DNA of 63,594 nt, counting the filler, from Collodictyon triciliatum (taxonomy: Eukaryota): NCBI GenBank assembly GCA_043381765.1. It is 7 parts of 7 records of this genome, joined end to end, with 100 filler letters (N's around TTAATTAATTAA, not from the genome) between each part and the next. Parts side by side here need not be neighbours in the genome. Positions count along the whole stretch, not along the records: positions 10,818 to 21,533 come from JBHJMP010002579.1; positions 21,634 to 32,444 come from JBHJMP010002580.1; 5 more parts are not named here. One strand, written 5' to 3'. Position numbers and translations under genes: made by a program. The notes beneath the pieces are model-generated. The model searched no databases. It worked only from the letters and a program-made list of their open reading frames with translations, and was not told the DNA's origin. Positions 11,045 through 25,076 of the stretch are shown piece by piece. Within the stretch, counting starts at the first letter, position 1, and every line of letters starts with the position of its first letter.

Positions 11045-14000
11045 GATACACTCACGGCAAGGCTCATATTCTATGGTGGACAGACAGTTGGCTCTTTTTT
11101 TAATTTTATTTATTGCAAGAGGTATTTATTTATGTTCGTATATATATATATCTGATTACAATAGCTTGCCAATTTCTCTGTCAAGCAGCTATTAAAGAAA
11201 GAGATCGACTGTTTAGGTAGTGAAACAGTATGACNNNNNNNNNNNNNNNNNNNNNNNNNNNNNNNNNNNNNNNNNNNNNNNNNNNNNNNNNNNNNNNNNN
11301 NNNNNNNNNNNNNNNNNNNNNNNNNNNNNNNNNNNNNNNNNNNNNNNNNNNNNNNNNNNNNNNNNNNNNNNNNNNNNNNNNNNNNNNNNNNNNNNNNNNN
11401 NNNNNNNNNNNNNNNNNNNNNNNNNNNNNNNNNNNNNNNNNNNNNNNNNNNNNNNNNNNNNNNNNNNNNNNNNNNNNNNNNNNNNNNNNNNNNNNNNNNN
11501 NNNNNNNNNNNNNNNNNNNNNNNNNNNNNNNNNNNNNNNNNNNNNNNNNNNNNNNNNNNNNNNNNNNNNNNNNNNNNNNNNNNNNNNNNNNNNNNNNNNN
11601 NNNNNNNNNNNNNNNNNNNNNNNNNNNNNNNNNNNNNNNNNNNNNNNNNNNNNNNNNNNNNNNNNNNNNNNNNNNNNNNNNNNNNNNNNNNNNNTCTGAT
11701 GTGTATGTTGCTATTTGATGCTTTAGAGCACCCTGGGTAGTAAGTTGAGGCAGACAGAGGATAACTGCCAATTGATTGAAGAGAAGGTACATTCCATCCT
11801 TTCATGCTGTTTTAGAGTCATAATACAAGCCTTATAATTGGGCTGTCATTTGATAATTACGAAAAGGGAAGAAAAAAGTGCCCATTTTCATATTAATACA
11901 TGGTAAAATTCCGTAGTTGAGAAATGTGTTAATCGAAAAAGAGGAAAAGGATGGGCTAAACAAGAGATTGTCATTACAGATGCTAGATAAAGCAAACCAG
12001 TTGGCATGTGCCGTAAGTAATATATGATTGATGGTTATGTCAACCATTTATGCATATTATTTGAATTTTATAATATCGGATAAATAGCGAAAATTCTATA
12101 CAGGAAGAAACCATTACACAGCAGACAAAAGAAGCCAAGGACCTTCGAAACTATATTGAAACACTCCAAAAAAATATATCTGACTATGATTCCAGGATTT
12201 GCGAACAATCTAATCAAATTAAAGTATTATTGATTGAACCCCGATAAAATTGTAAGTCATCACACTAAGAGTACCCCCTATTTTTTTTTAATTCTTGCAA
12301 CAGATATTGAAGGATGAACTACAAGCTAATTCTTCATCTATAGAAGTGGGGAGAAAGCAGAATGAACAACTAAAATGTAGGGTTCATTGGGTGCCAAAGA
12401 CACCTCTTATTTACATGATTCTGAATGACTATTTTTATGAGAATATTCACGATAATCACACATAATATCTTAAATGAACGGTACTACAAAAAGAAAACTA
12501 TATGAAATAGATTTTATGAGGGAAGTGTGCTACAAGTCAAAGGGTTTGTCAAAACTTGTTTCGGTCTTACGAGAGGATACGTCAGAGGTTTTCATACTTT
12601 AATGAAATTACGTATTCACTGACGGTGATAATAAATTTTGTCACTACGGGGCAAATAGCAATTGAACCTATGGGCCTCCAAATTTGATTCAGAGTCCCAT
12701 GAGGTTTTTTCCTTCAATTTTTTGGCTGATTATTTCGTGTCTTTTTAAAAATTTTCACATCTAGTGACAAGTTCGAGTATTAGTTCTATGACATAGCCTG
12801 TTTTAGAAAATGATGCATCAATAGCCATTAGAAGGTTATTATTCTGAATAAATTTACGTATTCAGATAAAGGATAAGCAGCGAGAATGTGACGCATTGAT
12901 TCAGTCTCTCGGAAAGGATGTCGTAGATGTGAATAGCCAACTGAGTAAAATGGTAACATCGATACCAGTGCATATCATGCTTGGATATGGTAAGTTGGCT
13001 GATACATTGAAATATTAGTCTATATCGTTCAACCTCTTGATGGAGGAAAGGAATGCCCTGGGGAAATTGCTCGAAGAGGAGAAGGTCAGGCTAATTTTAC
13101 ACATTGTGACATTTTATTATGTTAAGCAATGAATTTTATGAATCTTTCTTGAAATTTGTTTGATACAACGTGACTTTGAATCGAATAAAGGAAGAAAATG
13201 TTTGATTCAATGTGAAATGCACCGAAAATTTAATGCAAGACCAAATGTAATGGTAATTGTTGTATTTTCTTCGTTTTGCTTTCGTTTCTCTTTAGCTCAA
13301 ACTTCAACAAGCAGAGGCCTCTATAGAAGAAAGGAAAAGGCATCAGGAGACAAAACTGGAGGACTTGGAAGAGCAAATTGAAGGTTCCAAGCGAAAAGAA
13401 AAGCAGATGCAGCAAATGGTAATTATTATCACTATTATTTTATTGAAGATATGTTTATAGGCACATACAAATCATATTAAAGAGCAAGGTAAGCGAAAAG
13501 GACAAAAGCAAGTCATTTTAATTATAATAATGGCAATAACGGCAATATTCGTAATAATGGTAAGATTAAAGACTTGAAAAGCCAACTACAAGAGGAGAGA
13601 CAGCTGAGGGAGAAAGGAACAGGTTGCTCGTCTGGAACATATGTTTTACCCTCATACTTTCATTATTTTCTGTACTCCTTGTGAATAATATTTCTTTCTG
13701 TTTTCCTTTTTTCTCACCCAGAAATGCGTTCATTCGCTTTACTATAGGCTTTTAGAATTCCTGTCCATCACCTTCAAAAATAAAAAAAGACATTTAAATT
13801 GTGAGATGATTAAACATTTCAGGCCTCCAGTCAACTCAGTCACCTCCAACACCAACAAGAAGTGTACCTGGTACTCCGAAGAAATTCGCTATAGACAATC
13901 CAGATATGTCCGAGGTACATCCCAAAACCAGCAATAATATCGATGATGTTACTTGCATAATCCGTATTAATCAACCCCACTCCTGCAAACCATTTTAGAC

Positions 14001-14736
14001 AGACGAACAATTCAGCAATAGAGAGTTTGAAGACCTGGCAATCAAGTTTGGTAATCTCAAGGCAGAGAACTTTGCCTTGGAAGACAGGGTGAATTTCAGT
14101 ATATTAGATATTTAATTAAATTAGGTTGAGAACAAACACATAATAAACAAAAGGAAAAAAAGAAAAAGAATGGGAAATAATTGAGGGGGAATATGTCCTA
14201 AATACGCCTTCATCGTTAAGAGGAGGGGTAAACCGATGAATGGGTAGGATACATGCCTTATTGTTTTGAGAAGAGGACCTCACAGTTTAAAAATAAACAG
14301 TTAAATGAGCTCCAAAGTAGAGTTTCGAAGTTAAATGGAGAAATCCAAGGCAAAAACGAAACAATCGCCTTGTTACAGAGGGAACGAGGAAAACCAGCAG
14401 CCAGCCATGGAGAGTCCAGCCACCCAAACAAACTGGTATTTCTGTATTCGTTTGAATATGAAACAAACTGAGGATAAATCACTCCTTTTCCAAATGACAT
14501 GCTTTTCCTGCATTTTCTGTATCCCCTTCGCAACAGCAAAGACCTATTGTAATTTGATGGAGGAGCCAGATAGACTATCTGCCATGCAACGCTCACTAAC
14601 ACCCTCTCATCCAGGCTGGAGTAGTCAACACTCTCCTCATGAAAAAGGGAAACGCTCACGATTAAACCGCACGAGGTCTCCACCGGCCCAGCCAAGAATA
14701 AAGGAAAGAACGCTGATCCATACAAGAAAAAGATAA
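11045..14736 (+). CDS. Multi-exon coiled-coil protein, 5' partial and gapped
   Basis: GT-AG exons encoding STLGSKLRQTEDNCQLIEEK, EETITQQTKEAKDLRNYIETLQKNISDYDSRI and LNELQSRVSKLNGEIQGKNETIALLQRE; last acceptor ambiguous (stop near 14556 or at 14736). Confidence 0.65.
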
Positions 14737-14811
14737 ACTGGCCGAATGATTCCAACTATCATGTTGTTATATGATTTCATTATAAACTAAATTCCCTCAA
14801 TACTCAAGGAA

Positions 14812-14893
14812 GACACTTTGGCCGAGTGGTTAAGGCGGCAGCCTGCTAAGCTGTTTCCTTCTGGGAGCGAGAGTTCGAATCTCTCAGGTGTCG
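14812..14893 (+). tRNA. tRNA-Ser (anticodon GCT)
   Basis: Acceptor stem GACACTT/AGGTGTC, D loop GGCCGAGTGGTTAAGGC, anticodon arm GCAGC-CTGCTAA-GCTGT, long variable arm, T arm GAGAG-TTCGAAT-CTCTC, discriminator G, T-run just downstream. Confidence 0.97.
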
Positions 14894-15162
14894 ATAATGT
14901 TTTGGCATCTTTCGCGGTGTGAGGAAACAGGTTTTCCGAGAAATGTCTCGCTGAAACGCGTTTTGTGTGGGCTCTTTGGGAATACGAAAACGACTTTTCT
15001 TGCTTTTGTTTTCTTGAGGCGCTCGGCGTCTGGGTTGGAACACTTCGATCTTGGTTGCATATCCACGCGCCGCTTATTGGGCTTCACGCATCGAGGGATC
15101 GGGGGGACGACGTGGACAAGTTTTGGTGTTCACAATTATCGAAAAGTTCTTCCCCTTTTTAT

Positions 15163-15163
15163 T

Positions 15164-15238
<75 letters not shown>

Positions 15239-15240
15239 TT
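15163..15240 (+). repeat. (ATTT)n microsatellite
   Basis: Tandem array read directly. Confidence 0.93.
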
Positions 15241-15684
15241 CGCTTCTTATCGTTTTTTTTTTTTATTTCGGCGTTTTGTGGATGTCATGAAAGTTGCGCA
15301 CCGCTTTGCTGATCAACCCGAATGCGCTGGGCATGAGATCGAGTGCTTTGAAAGCCGAATCCTGACGGAAAACAAGCTATACTCGCAAAGTGATCAGTCG
15401 GGCGTTACAAGAGGAAGTGTAGTATATCTAGATTCAGCACCTTCTTTTCCATCATTTTTTTTTACCCCTTTGGCTTTGTTTTTATTATTGCTGTTCTTGC
15501 CCTCATGAGTTTGCATAGTGATGTGTGATGAGTCAAGGAGTGGAGGAAAAAGGGTGCTCTGGAAGCTACAACGCCACTCTTGAAGTAATTTTCTAGCGCT
15601 TTTCTAGGAACCCAAGAAAGAAAGAGAACGCTTTGGAAGACGGAGAAAATAGACCGAATCATTACCATAACACCCAGGAAGAAG

Positions 15685-17695
15685 ATGGAGCAGTCTGATA
15701 TGTACACAGAGTCAAAGATGGAGCTGCGACTTTCAAAGGTTTGCGCGTTATGCCGTTCCCTTTTCGTCTGTTAGGTTACGTTCATTTGCAAAAAGAGTTG
15801 TATTGCATACTCAACCTACCTCTGTCCAAATCATATTTGATTGATAGGTGCTCCTGACCGATCTCTCTCCAGAACACGAAGATGTAATCACTGTCCCGTC
15901 AAATTACTCCATAGAACAGACACTGCATGTTCTAAGCGAGCATCGCGTTCTATCTGCCCCCGTCATGGTACTATTATATTGAATTATCCATCTTCATCTT
16001 TACCCTTGTCCTCATTTTCGTTCAGTGAACTCAAATGGTGTTGGTGTAGTACATGTATATTGATATGTATGTTTATAACTTTTTTTTTATCTTCCATTTC
16101 CACTTGTGGGATTGCGCTCAAGGTTGACGGTTCTGTGATCGGGATGATTGATACCCTTGATGTTGTCGCTTTCGTTGTACATGAGTATCGTCGCGGTCTT
16201 ATTTCTGTGGTAGAGACTTTGAATGAAGAAGAGCTACAGGAGACATTGTTAATTTAATTAAAATATTTTCAAAGAATATGAAATAGTACCAAAGAAACTT
16301 CACATTATTATGTTAAGCTTATCAAAAAAAGATAAAAACTTTTTTGTTTTTTTTTTATTCATCTGTTCGAAATACAGGAAAACTATTGATATTTACGCCT
16401 TGACGAACCAAGGAAGAAGTTTGAAGGCTTCTGTCGACAAAATATTTGGTATATTTTCTCATTAACATACTCTGTCTTTCTTTATTTATTTCAGGCTTCA
16501 GGTTAAATCGCACATTGGTTGCCTGCCATGTCAGTTATATGATGTCCTGGCAATCCGTTTTTCACTCATTTTTCTTTAAATATCAAACAAAGATATGTCT
16601 GAAAGGAATCCTGTATGTCCTGTTCTCAACAAAGGCACATTGTATCAATTGATTGAAGTTTTTGCTCAAGGCATCCACAGAGTTCCTCTCATTGATTCGC
16701 ATGGGAGATTATGTGGGGTTTGTGTGATACAAGCCATCTGTCTAGCTGAAGCACCGTTAACCAGTGTGTCACTTACCTCGCATTCTTCACGAATCACCCT
16801 GTTCTAGGTCATCAGCCAATCAAGAGTAATTAAGTTTCTTTATGAAAATCCGAAGATACTACCTATCACCTTCTCAAGAAAGACGATGAAGGATCTATGG
16901 ATTGATACAAAGAACGTTATCAAAATAAATTACAAGTGAGTTTTGTACCTTGTTCAGTTATTCTCATATGCAGTATGCTTTAATTTGTTTCCTAAAAAAA
17001 AAATGTCCATCTGACAAAGGTTGCAAACAATCTATGCTTTATTTGTCATGATGGAGTATAAGGTGAGTGCCCTCGCTGTTGTTGACGATGAGGACCGATT
17101 TGTTGCAAATATCAGTGGGAGCGATTTACGCGTATTCTTATCTTTTACCTTCAAACTTCACCATATGATTCTTCTTTATAAACGTAAACATACCCGAACA
17201 TATCCCACTTATTTATCATATTGTGTTATTGGACTGTCTCTTGAGTTCCTTGTCTTTTTACCTTTAACTTTTTCTAAATGGGTGTATTTTCTTGTTGGTG
17301 TCTTGTTTTTTGTTTTTCCCGTAGGGATTGACCGAAGATAGATTTTCATGGCTTACCCAACCAGTTTTGGAGTTCTTGACAAAGATCAACGTAATAACTT
17401 GTTTTCTGTTTTCCTTTTTTTTAAATTTTTTGGCAGTGTTGATATTCTAGTCTTAAGCTTATCCCTGTGTGTTGCATTATGATGTCTCCTTACACACAAA
17501 ACTTCTTCCGCAACATAGGGCTCCATCAGACTCCCTGTCACATGTACTGCCGCAACCACCATAGCTGCGGCTATCGCACAATTGGCCACCTCGAGTATAC
17601 ACCGCCTTTGGATGGTGGACGCAGTCGGTCGCCCTATTGGAGTCTTATCCATGACTGATATTTTCTATCACATTGTAAACCACATCGAGGATTAA
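15685..17695 (+). CDS. Four-CBS-domain protein (AMPK-gamma/SDS23-like)
   Basis: Spliced product includes LSEHRVLSAPV, GMIDTLDVV, QGIHRVPLID..GVISQSRVI, KVSALAVVD...ANISGSDLRG and IHRLWMVD..PIGVLSMTDI; ATG 15685, TAA 17693-17695. Confidence 0.88.
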
Positions 17696-19119
17696 TACAC
17701 AGCATGGTGGAGCAGGGGAGAGCCTGGCAAACCCCCCTCCGAGCTCCCGAAAAACATCTAAATAACCTATCAAACAGAGGGCTCTCGTTCATATCCCTGA
17801 TAACGCTTGCTTTGATTGCTTGTGTGTATGAGGAGGAGGGGCACGACAGCATGCCTTTTTCTAACATGACAAACAAAAAAAAAAGTACTTTGCTTTATTT
17901 TTTGTATTCCTTAATCCAAAATCTAGCTTAAGATGAATGCGCCGCACAAGGGCGTGTAAATCACGCAGTGTGGAGGGTGGATGGAAGTAGAAGAGAGTTG
18001 TGGGTAGAGCACACCACCGGAAAGGAGTTACCAATGGCAGGTTTGTTAGACGANNNNNNNNNNNNNNNNNNNNNNNNNNNNNNNNNNNNNNNNNNNNNNN
18101 NNNNNNNNNNNNNNNNNNNNNNNNNNNNNNNNNNNNNNNNNNNNNNNNNNNNNNNNNNNNNNNNNNNNNNNNNNNNNNNNNNNNNNNNNNNNNNNNNNNN
18201 NNNNNNNNNNNNNNNNNNNNNNNNNNNNNNNNNNNNNNNNNNNNNNNNNNNNNNNNNNNNNNNNNNNNNNNNNNNNNNNNNNNNNNNNNNNNNNNNNNNN
18301 NNNNNNNNNNNNNNNNNNNNNNNNNNNNNNNNNNNNNNNNNNNNNNNNNNNNNNNNNNNNNNNNNNNNNNNNNNNNNNNNNNNNNNNNNNNNNNNNNNNN
18401 NNNNNNNNNNNNNNNNNNNNNNNNNNNNNNNNNNNNNNNNNNNNNNNNNNNNNNNNNNNNNNNNNNNNNNNNNNNNNNNNNNNNNNNNNNNNNNNNNNNN
18501 NNNNNNNNNNNNNNNNNNNNNNNNNNNNNNNNNNNNNNNNNNNNNNNNNNNNNNNNNNNNNNNNNNNNNNNNNNNNNNNNNNNNNNNNNNNNNNNNNNNN
18601 NNNNNNNNNNNNNNNNNNNNNNNNNNNNNNNNNNNNNNNNNNNNNNNNNNNNNNNNNNNNNNNNNNNNNNNNNNNNNNNNNNNNNNNNNNNNNNNNNNNN
18701 NNNNNNNNNNNNNNNNNNNNNNNNNNNNNNNNNNNNNNNNNNNNNNNNNNNNNNNNNNNNNNNNNNNNNNNNNNNNNNNNNNNNNNNNNNNNNAATATCT
18801 TTGTGTCGCCGTTCTTGATTTTTGAAGACGCAGTTACAGAGTATTTGACCAGCGCGTTATCGGTCGGTATTGTTTTTATTTTTTGAAGGAAAGTCCAAAG
18901 CTTTTTGTGCTACTTTGAATGATTTTTATTGTTGGATGAAAATCGGAATTTTTTTGGTCGGACCATCTCGTAATCTGTCACTCGATTTTCTTGAAAACAT
19001 ATGTATACTGCCGACGACACAATTACTTTCATTTGATGTGCTCACTAAGGAGAGGGATAAAAAAAAAAAAAGAGTAATAATGCTTTAAATGTACGGCATC
19101 AGAAAATAGGATTGTCTAC

Positions 19120-19668
19120 TTAATTTCTTGTATGAAATCGGCAGATATCATGTGTTCTTCTTAACCTCCTTACATTTCCTTCCTCCTCTTCCTCTTCTTC
19201 CATGAAATTCTCTTCTCCCAATGCATCAAGCTTGTGGCTTTGCGTCACAGGCTTTCGCGATGTAATTACAGATTTTTTGCGGATACCCTGGGCCACAGAC
19301 CCGTCCGTACTTTGGTTTCGACTTCCGCGGCTTCCACGGCTTCCACGTGGGTTATCGGAGCTCGGGTTGTTTGACTATTCGATATGAGTATATATATATG
19401 ATTTTGAAATAGGTGGGTGAGTAAATAAAATCAATCTCTCTTCCTTTTTTTTCCTTTATTCGATTCAAAAAAAAACAACATAAATCATGATCTCTTGATT
19501 AGCTGCAATCAGGCTATTTATCGCTTCTAGTGTGAATAGCGGTCAATACACAAAAATAGTCATGAATAGGAGAATGGCTAAGGGTGCTGTCAATATACCT
19601 CTGATTGGCTGGAAGATGACTCCGTTGACCCGCTGATGTTTTGGCTCGAAGGAGAACCAGCATCTTTC
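19120..19668 (-). CDS. Probable exons of a low-complexity Ser/Glu-rich hypothetical protein
   Basis: Open AG-bounded segments KDAGSPSSQNISGSTESSSSQSE and SNNPSSDNPRGSRGSRGSR...MEEEEEEEG...HTRN*; full structure unresolved. Confidence 0.35.
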
Positions 19669-21029
19669 TACGAAAATAAATACAATAATATGTCTTCTAG
19701 CGTCATCCAAAAAAAAAGTAAAGCATATGTGTGGCTTGATATTTAACAGATTACGGTTTCCCCCTCCATTCATTTAATTAAATCTATTAAAATGTACTCT
19801 GATCAAGAGTCTATGTGTTATGATAATATTGAATTATACTGGACTTACTTTCTTACTCGAACTTATTATACCTCCCATCCAAAACAAATTCGGGTTATTG
19901 GATGAAAACTGTGTCGTGGTTGCAAGGCTTTTTTTTTTGTTTTGTTTTGTTTGTTGAACTGCGGTGAGTAATATCAATCAATGTGCTCGCATCCAAAAAA
20001 AAAAAGTTTTACTTCAATGACCTTATTATCTGAGTATAAATATAATGGAATTATTCATCGCTCACGCCACCAGAGGCTGGAGAAACGATCTATTTAAAAA
20101 AATGGAAATCGTGCTAGGTGAATGAATAAGTTAGCTCTTCTGACAGACCTGTACTATATATAACTCTTTCTAGGACAGCTGTCAAAAAGAGGGTCGAGTA
20201 TCTTCCTTTCCTTCCCTCGGGCCAGAATGATTTAGCAAAAGCAGGGGTGTACCGCGATATTTGGCAAGCTAAAATAAATATTTGTAACTCATGAACATAA
20301 CATTATTCTCCATCGTACAATGGAAAGGACAAGAAAGAAAAAGAGTGGGGAACAAAATCATGGAAAGCTCAACCACCCCGAAACTGGTTTCGCAAGCCCT
20401 CAAGGAGGTCTTTTCAACAAAGATATACAACATAAAATAAAATAAAAACAGGGATAAATGATGCGATGAAAAGAACGGGAGGGTACCAAACGATTAAAAC
20501 ATGGAGGAAAATTGTATTAAAATACATGCGAAAGTTAGAGTGTTCAGCAGGCTACAAAACTTAGCAGCCCACCGGTGTCGAGCGAAATGAACGTGGATGT
20601 GGAAGTCGGGAAAAAGAAAAATGAAGAAAAAAAAAAGAAGTATCCATGCCCCAGGGAGTAACAAATCGCTTATTCGTATGTCTCTAATAAAAGATCCCCT
20701 TCCTCAAACTTGCGATTCTAAACAAGAATATTCTGGTGTCTATAAAGCGAGGCAAAAGCAGCGGGTCTGCATACCACGGTAATCAAAAACTGAAGGGACG
20801 ACCGCGTGAGGACAGGAATGTCGGGAAAATAAGGCATAGCCAACTACAACAACAAAAAAGAAAAGGAAAAAAAAAAAAGAAAGAAAAGCCCCCCTCTCTT
20901 TGCGACTAGGAAAGGATTATTCATCACGAGCCAGTAGAGGAGACGCCATGGCTGAGCCTGTGCTTGTCGCCAATGATCATCAGCTTTGAATCTACTCTCA
21001 CTCCTCCCGCTGATCGTAATGGTGGCGTG

Positions 21030-21320
21030 TCAAAGCAAAAACCTTCCCGAACCCAAAAAATCAGTAGGATCGTAACCACCGTGGCGGTTTGACGTTGAGG
21101 TGGACAAATTTTCCTGAAAAGGACTCTGTCCACAGATACCATAAAATAATTCCGCAATAAGACTTCATTCCGTTGAATATTTTGCATATCTGAACTTGTA
21201 TAAAATCCAGAATAGGATTAAATTCAACAGTGTAAATCGACTCATGGGTCAAGAGAACAAGAAACACCTGAAGAAAGGGTTACACGATTCAGGCTCAAGC
21301 CACCGACCCACGGGTGACAA
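21030..21320 (-). CDS. Probable 3' exons of a hypothetical gene
   Basis: MQNIQRNEVLLRNYFM/GT...AG/ENLSTSTSNRHGGYDPTDFLGSGRFLL*; no recognisable domain. Confidence 0.28.
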
Positions 21321-21411
21321 GATAAGTTTGATTATAATGCTCAGCATTAGTTGCTCTGATTCATTCATCTTTTTCTTTTTTCTTTTATTTTCTTTTTTCT
21401 ATTATTTTATT

Positions 21412-21533
21412 CTCTCTTTTTCTCTTTTTCTCTTTTTCTCTTTTTCTCTTTTTCTCTTTTTCTCTTTTTCTCTTTTTCTCTTTTTCTCTTTTTCTCTTTT
21501 TCTCTTTTTCTCTTTTTCTCTTTTTCTCTTTTT
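21412..21533 (+). repeat. (CTCTTTTT)n tandem repeat at scaffold end
   Basis: Octamer array read directly. Confidence 0.9.
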
Positions 21534-21633
21534 NNNNNNNNNNNNNNNNNNNNNNNNNNNNNNNNNNNNNNNNNNNNTTAATTAATTAANNNNNNNNNNN
21601 NNNNNNNNNNNNNNNNNNNNNNNNNNNNNNNNN

Positions 21634-21730
21634 TACATACATACATACATACATACATACATACATACATACATACATACATACATACATACATACATAC
21701 ATACATACATACATACATACATACATACAT
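21634..21730 (+). repeat. (TACA)n intronic microsatellite
   Basis: Tetramer array read directly. Confidence 0.95.
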
Positions 21731-21766
21731 AATATTAAGATAACTTTGTTTAGTTTCTTTTATTAC

Positions 21767-23966
21767 CTTGGCAAAACCGACTATGAATCCAAAAAAAAAT
21801 TTGAATACTTGATGTATTGTGTTTCCAAATTTTTCTCCAATGGCTTCCTGGATTTCCATGATATCACTATTGATTATTATGAATTAAGTATAAAATATTC
21901 AGAAATGCTCTAAGCGGCACAATATTGAATTCCAGATACCTCGATAGTCCTGATGTCAACTCTTCGGTCTTTTGACCATCAAACCAACTCATATCTTGGC
22001 GAACTATTGCCTTAAAATACTCCTCCCTTCATTTCCAAAAATAAGTAACAATTTCTTGAGCAAACATATACAAATGAATTTAAATTCGTTGAAGCAAATC
22101 CCCAAATTTTATCTATCACCTATATCTGATCGCCTGTCTCTCTCCTGTTGCCATCCAGAAAGCAACTTCGGCATATGCGACGAATATCGTGCCGGTAGCA
22201 ATCATAGCGAATATCAAAGCTACTTCTTGGACCTTAAAAATAACACCCACAATGTTAATGCAAGGAAAATTCTATATCAACCTAATCTCTTGAATATCGT
22301 TTGATAAAAATTATTATTATTGTAAAATATTGAATCTCTGCCTTGGTATATGTATCCCTTTATGATTTTTTCTTAACCTTGTCCAGCACTTCATCTTGGG
22401 AGGAACTTAAACTGTCTATAAGTTGTCCAAAAAAAATGAACAAAAATGATGATAATGCTCCATTTGCCGCAGCACACATAGAACCTATAATCTATGTGTA
22501 ACAGTTCTTCGGTCTGAATATTTCATCAATTTTGGCTTATAAGGAAATTGATAATAGAACATATGCAACCCACATTTATTGTTGTGCGAAACATGTGCTT
22601 ACCATGTATGCATAGTCCAACTTATCCGCAAATCTGAAAAGGGAAGTGAATGAAACCATGTCTCTTTCTTTGGGCGCACTTTCTTCAGCTTCTTGTCCAT
22701 ACTCATTCCTTTTGTCAACTAATTGAGACATGTTTTCATTGGAATTTGGTGCAATACCTGTGTTTGAACAGGTTGCGAAATCTTTTTTTTCTATAATCGA
22801 ACAAGGTAGGACATCCATTTCGATCTGAAGGTTGGTATTCTTTTAGTTCAGTAAAATGAAAATATAATTCTCGAGCGCAGCAAATTTTCTGAAGATTTAT
22901 TTTTGGGTTCAGTGAATTCTCCATAACTATTAAAATTTCAATTATAATCACTATTAAAAAAACCTGGATAGGCTGAGATGCAGCTTCAAAGGGGCGTCCA
23001 AACTGGTCTTTCGGGGACTCCATAGTGAGAGATACAGAAATTATTTTATCCATGGATGCAGTAGTGCAATCTTGTTCACCAGAAGACTGATTTTTACTAA
23101 AAGCAGGTTTTTAAAAAAATTATTGATGGCGGGTGAACGAAAAATCTAAAAAATTGTTCAGGGGCATTCACCATTTGGTGGTTTTTCAAAATTTGAAAAA
23201 TTTGGTGTTGTTATTGATATTTGATAAACCTTGAAGTTTTTGGCTCAGTTGCCTCAACCGATTTCGTAAGAGTATGCAAATCATACAGAGGTACAGATAT
23301 GATGTCCTGTAACTCGATAATTTGCTTTAAGGTCTCTTCTGCTTCACTTGTCGAAGAACGACGAGTTTCTTCCGGATTCAGTGTTTTCGATTTTAATGGC
23401 TCTTCAGTGGACTGTTCCAGATGACTAGAAACGTTAGACTTCGAATAGTCTTCCACAATATACTTCTCAACCTTTGAAATCAAAGGTCTGGAGCTTACAA
23501 TCTTAGCCACAGCTGGGATGAAGAATGGGCTCAGACCCTCAGGGGTCTCCTTGTAATAGATGGTGGGCACGTATTCCTTACTGAATGCAGCCGAGCTTGG
23601 ATACATGTCATGTTTTTCAAAATTCGTCGATTCACAGGTAGGATGCAATGAAGCCCTTGATTTTTTGACGTCGGTATCATTTTCAGGGCAATTTTTGTCC
23701 TGTAAAAAGTTGTTTTCAATATTTTTTTCCCCTTCGTTCGCTTCGAAAAAACTTCAATACTATGTTATTTATGTTTTTTGTTGGTGATTGAATAAATTAT
23801 TGAGTTCTAGTTATGAAATGTTTTCAATATGTCAAAATCTAAAAAATTTCGTTTAGACATCTGATAATACCATAGCAATAAATTCGTGCACTTCATTCCA
23901 AGCACTGTGGTTCACATCTTTTGGACCTGTGGGCTCCAGCGGTAAGCTTTTTAAGGACGGCTTCAT
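21767..23966 (-). CDS. ABC transporter subfamily B (MDR/P-glycoprotein-like), 5' part, with long N-terminal extension
   Basis: VSFTSLFRFADKLD, IIGSMCAAANG, FWMATGERQAIR, YFKAIVRQDMSWFD and IQEAIGEKFG are ABCB1 TMD1 motifs; truncated at the scaffold end; true start may lie further upstream. Confidence 0.9.
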
Positions 23967-25076
23967 CTGTTAAAAAAATAAGTGGTATAGGTTTAAAATA
24001 TATTTCAATCATGTATCATATTGTTTAATTTAACGAAACGTAATATTCTCACATGATAAAGGATTAATTTCATCTATTGGCTTGAATTTTGCTTATAGTA
24101 TTGCATTATTTTGTGTTTTGCATACGCATTAATAATAAATTATAGGAATCCTTCCATTATTTTTGGAATTTTACATATTTTCCTTTTTTTTACTGGAGGT
24201 TATTAAAAATAATTAGCAAAAAATTCTTGAGTATCCGATAATATTTGACGAAATTGTGAATACTTCTGTTTCTCAAGTGTTGAGTACATTCAATTGAAAT
24301 GCTATTAGTGAAAGTCGCCCTAAAATTCATGTCTTCAAAATAATCTGTTTTTGAATGTATGTTTTCTGATTTAGGATTTGTGAATATGAATGTGCAGGCC
24401 TTGGGCGTATTATTTATACATCTTAGATTTTTTTGGTACTCATCCAAGTTAGATAAATTTTGGAAGTGTTATTATACACACAAAGGATTATTAAATGTGC
24501 AAAGCGGGTTTTATAGTTCTCTTCAACATCTGACGCAACCATTATACTTTATATATATTTCTACATAAATTGTACCATCAAGGCTCAAAAACCTGGAGGG
24601 CTATGAAGAAAATTATATAAATTACTGGTATAGCGACCGTCTTAAAATTATGTCGCTACCATTAACCAAGATAGCGACCATTAGTATTTGGTGCCGTTAC
24701 TTTTGGCGCTCTTTTGAATAGCGGTTTGGCGCCTACTCAGATTTTTTTCAATGAATGCTAACATTTTTGAACTTTTACAATGATTTTTTTGTAAACTCGC
24801 GGTTAAACATGTCTGGCCTAAGATGGAGTCACACTTCATATTGCCAGATTGCTTGTATATACTTGAATTTTATCTAAGAATCACTAAATGATCAATTTCT
24901 CCCATTATATTAACAACACAAAAAATTAACAATTTTGTTACAAAAGGCCCATGAATTATATGTGTTGAATTGCTTACACTAGTAATTGGGCAGACAATAT
25001 AAAACTTAGATATTCTATTGAGAGAATATTGTTAAATATCCTCTCTAAGTCGGCTTGGTAGAAAACATGTCTGGTA

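Noticed and set aside
24806-25074. AAACATGTCTGG direct repeat as a target-site duplication
   Set aside because: Both copies lie on the same side of the retroelement.
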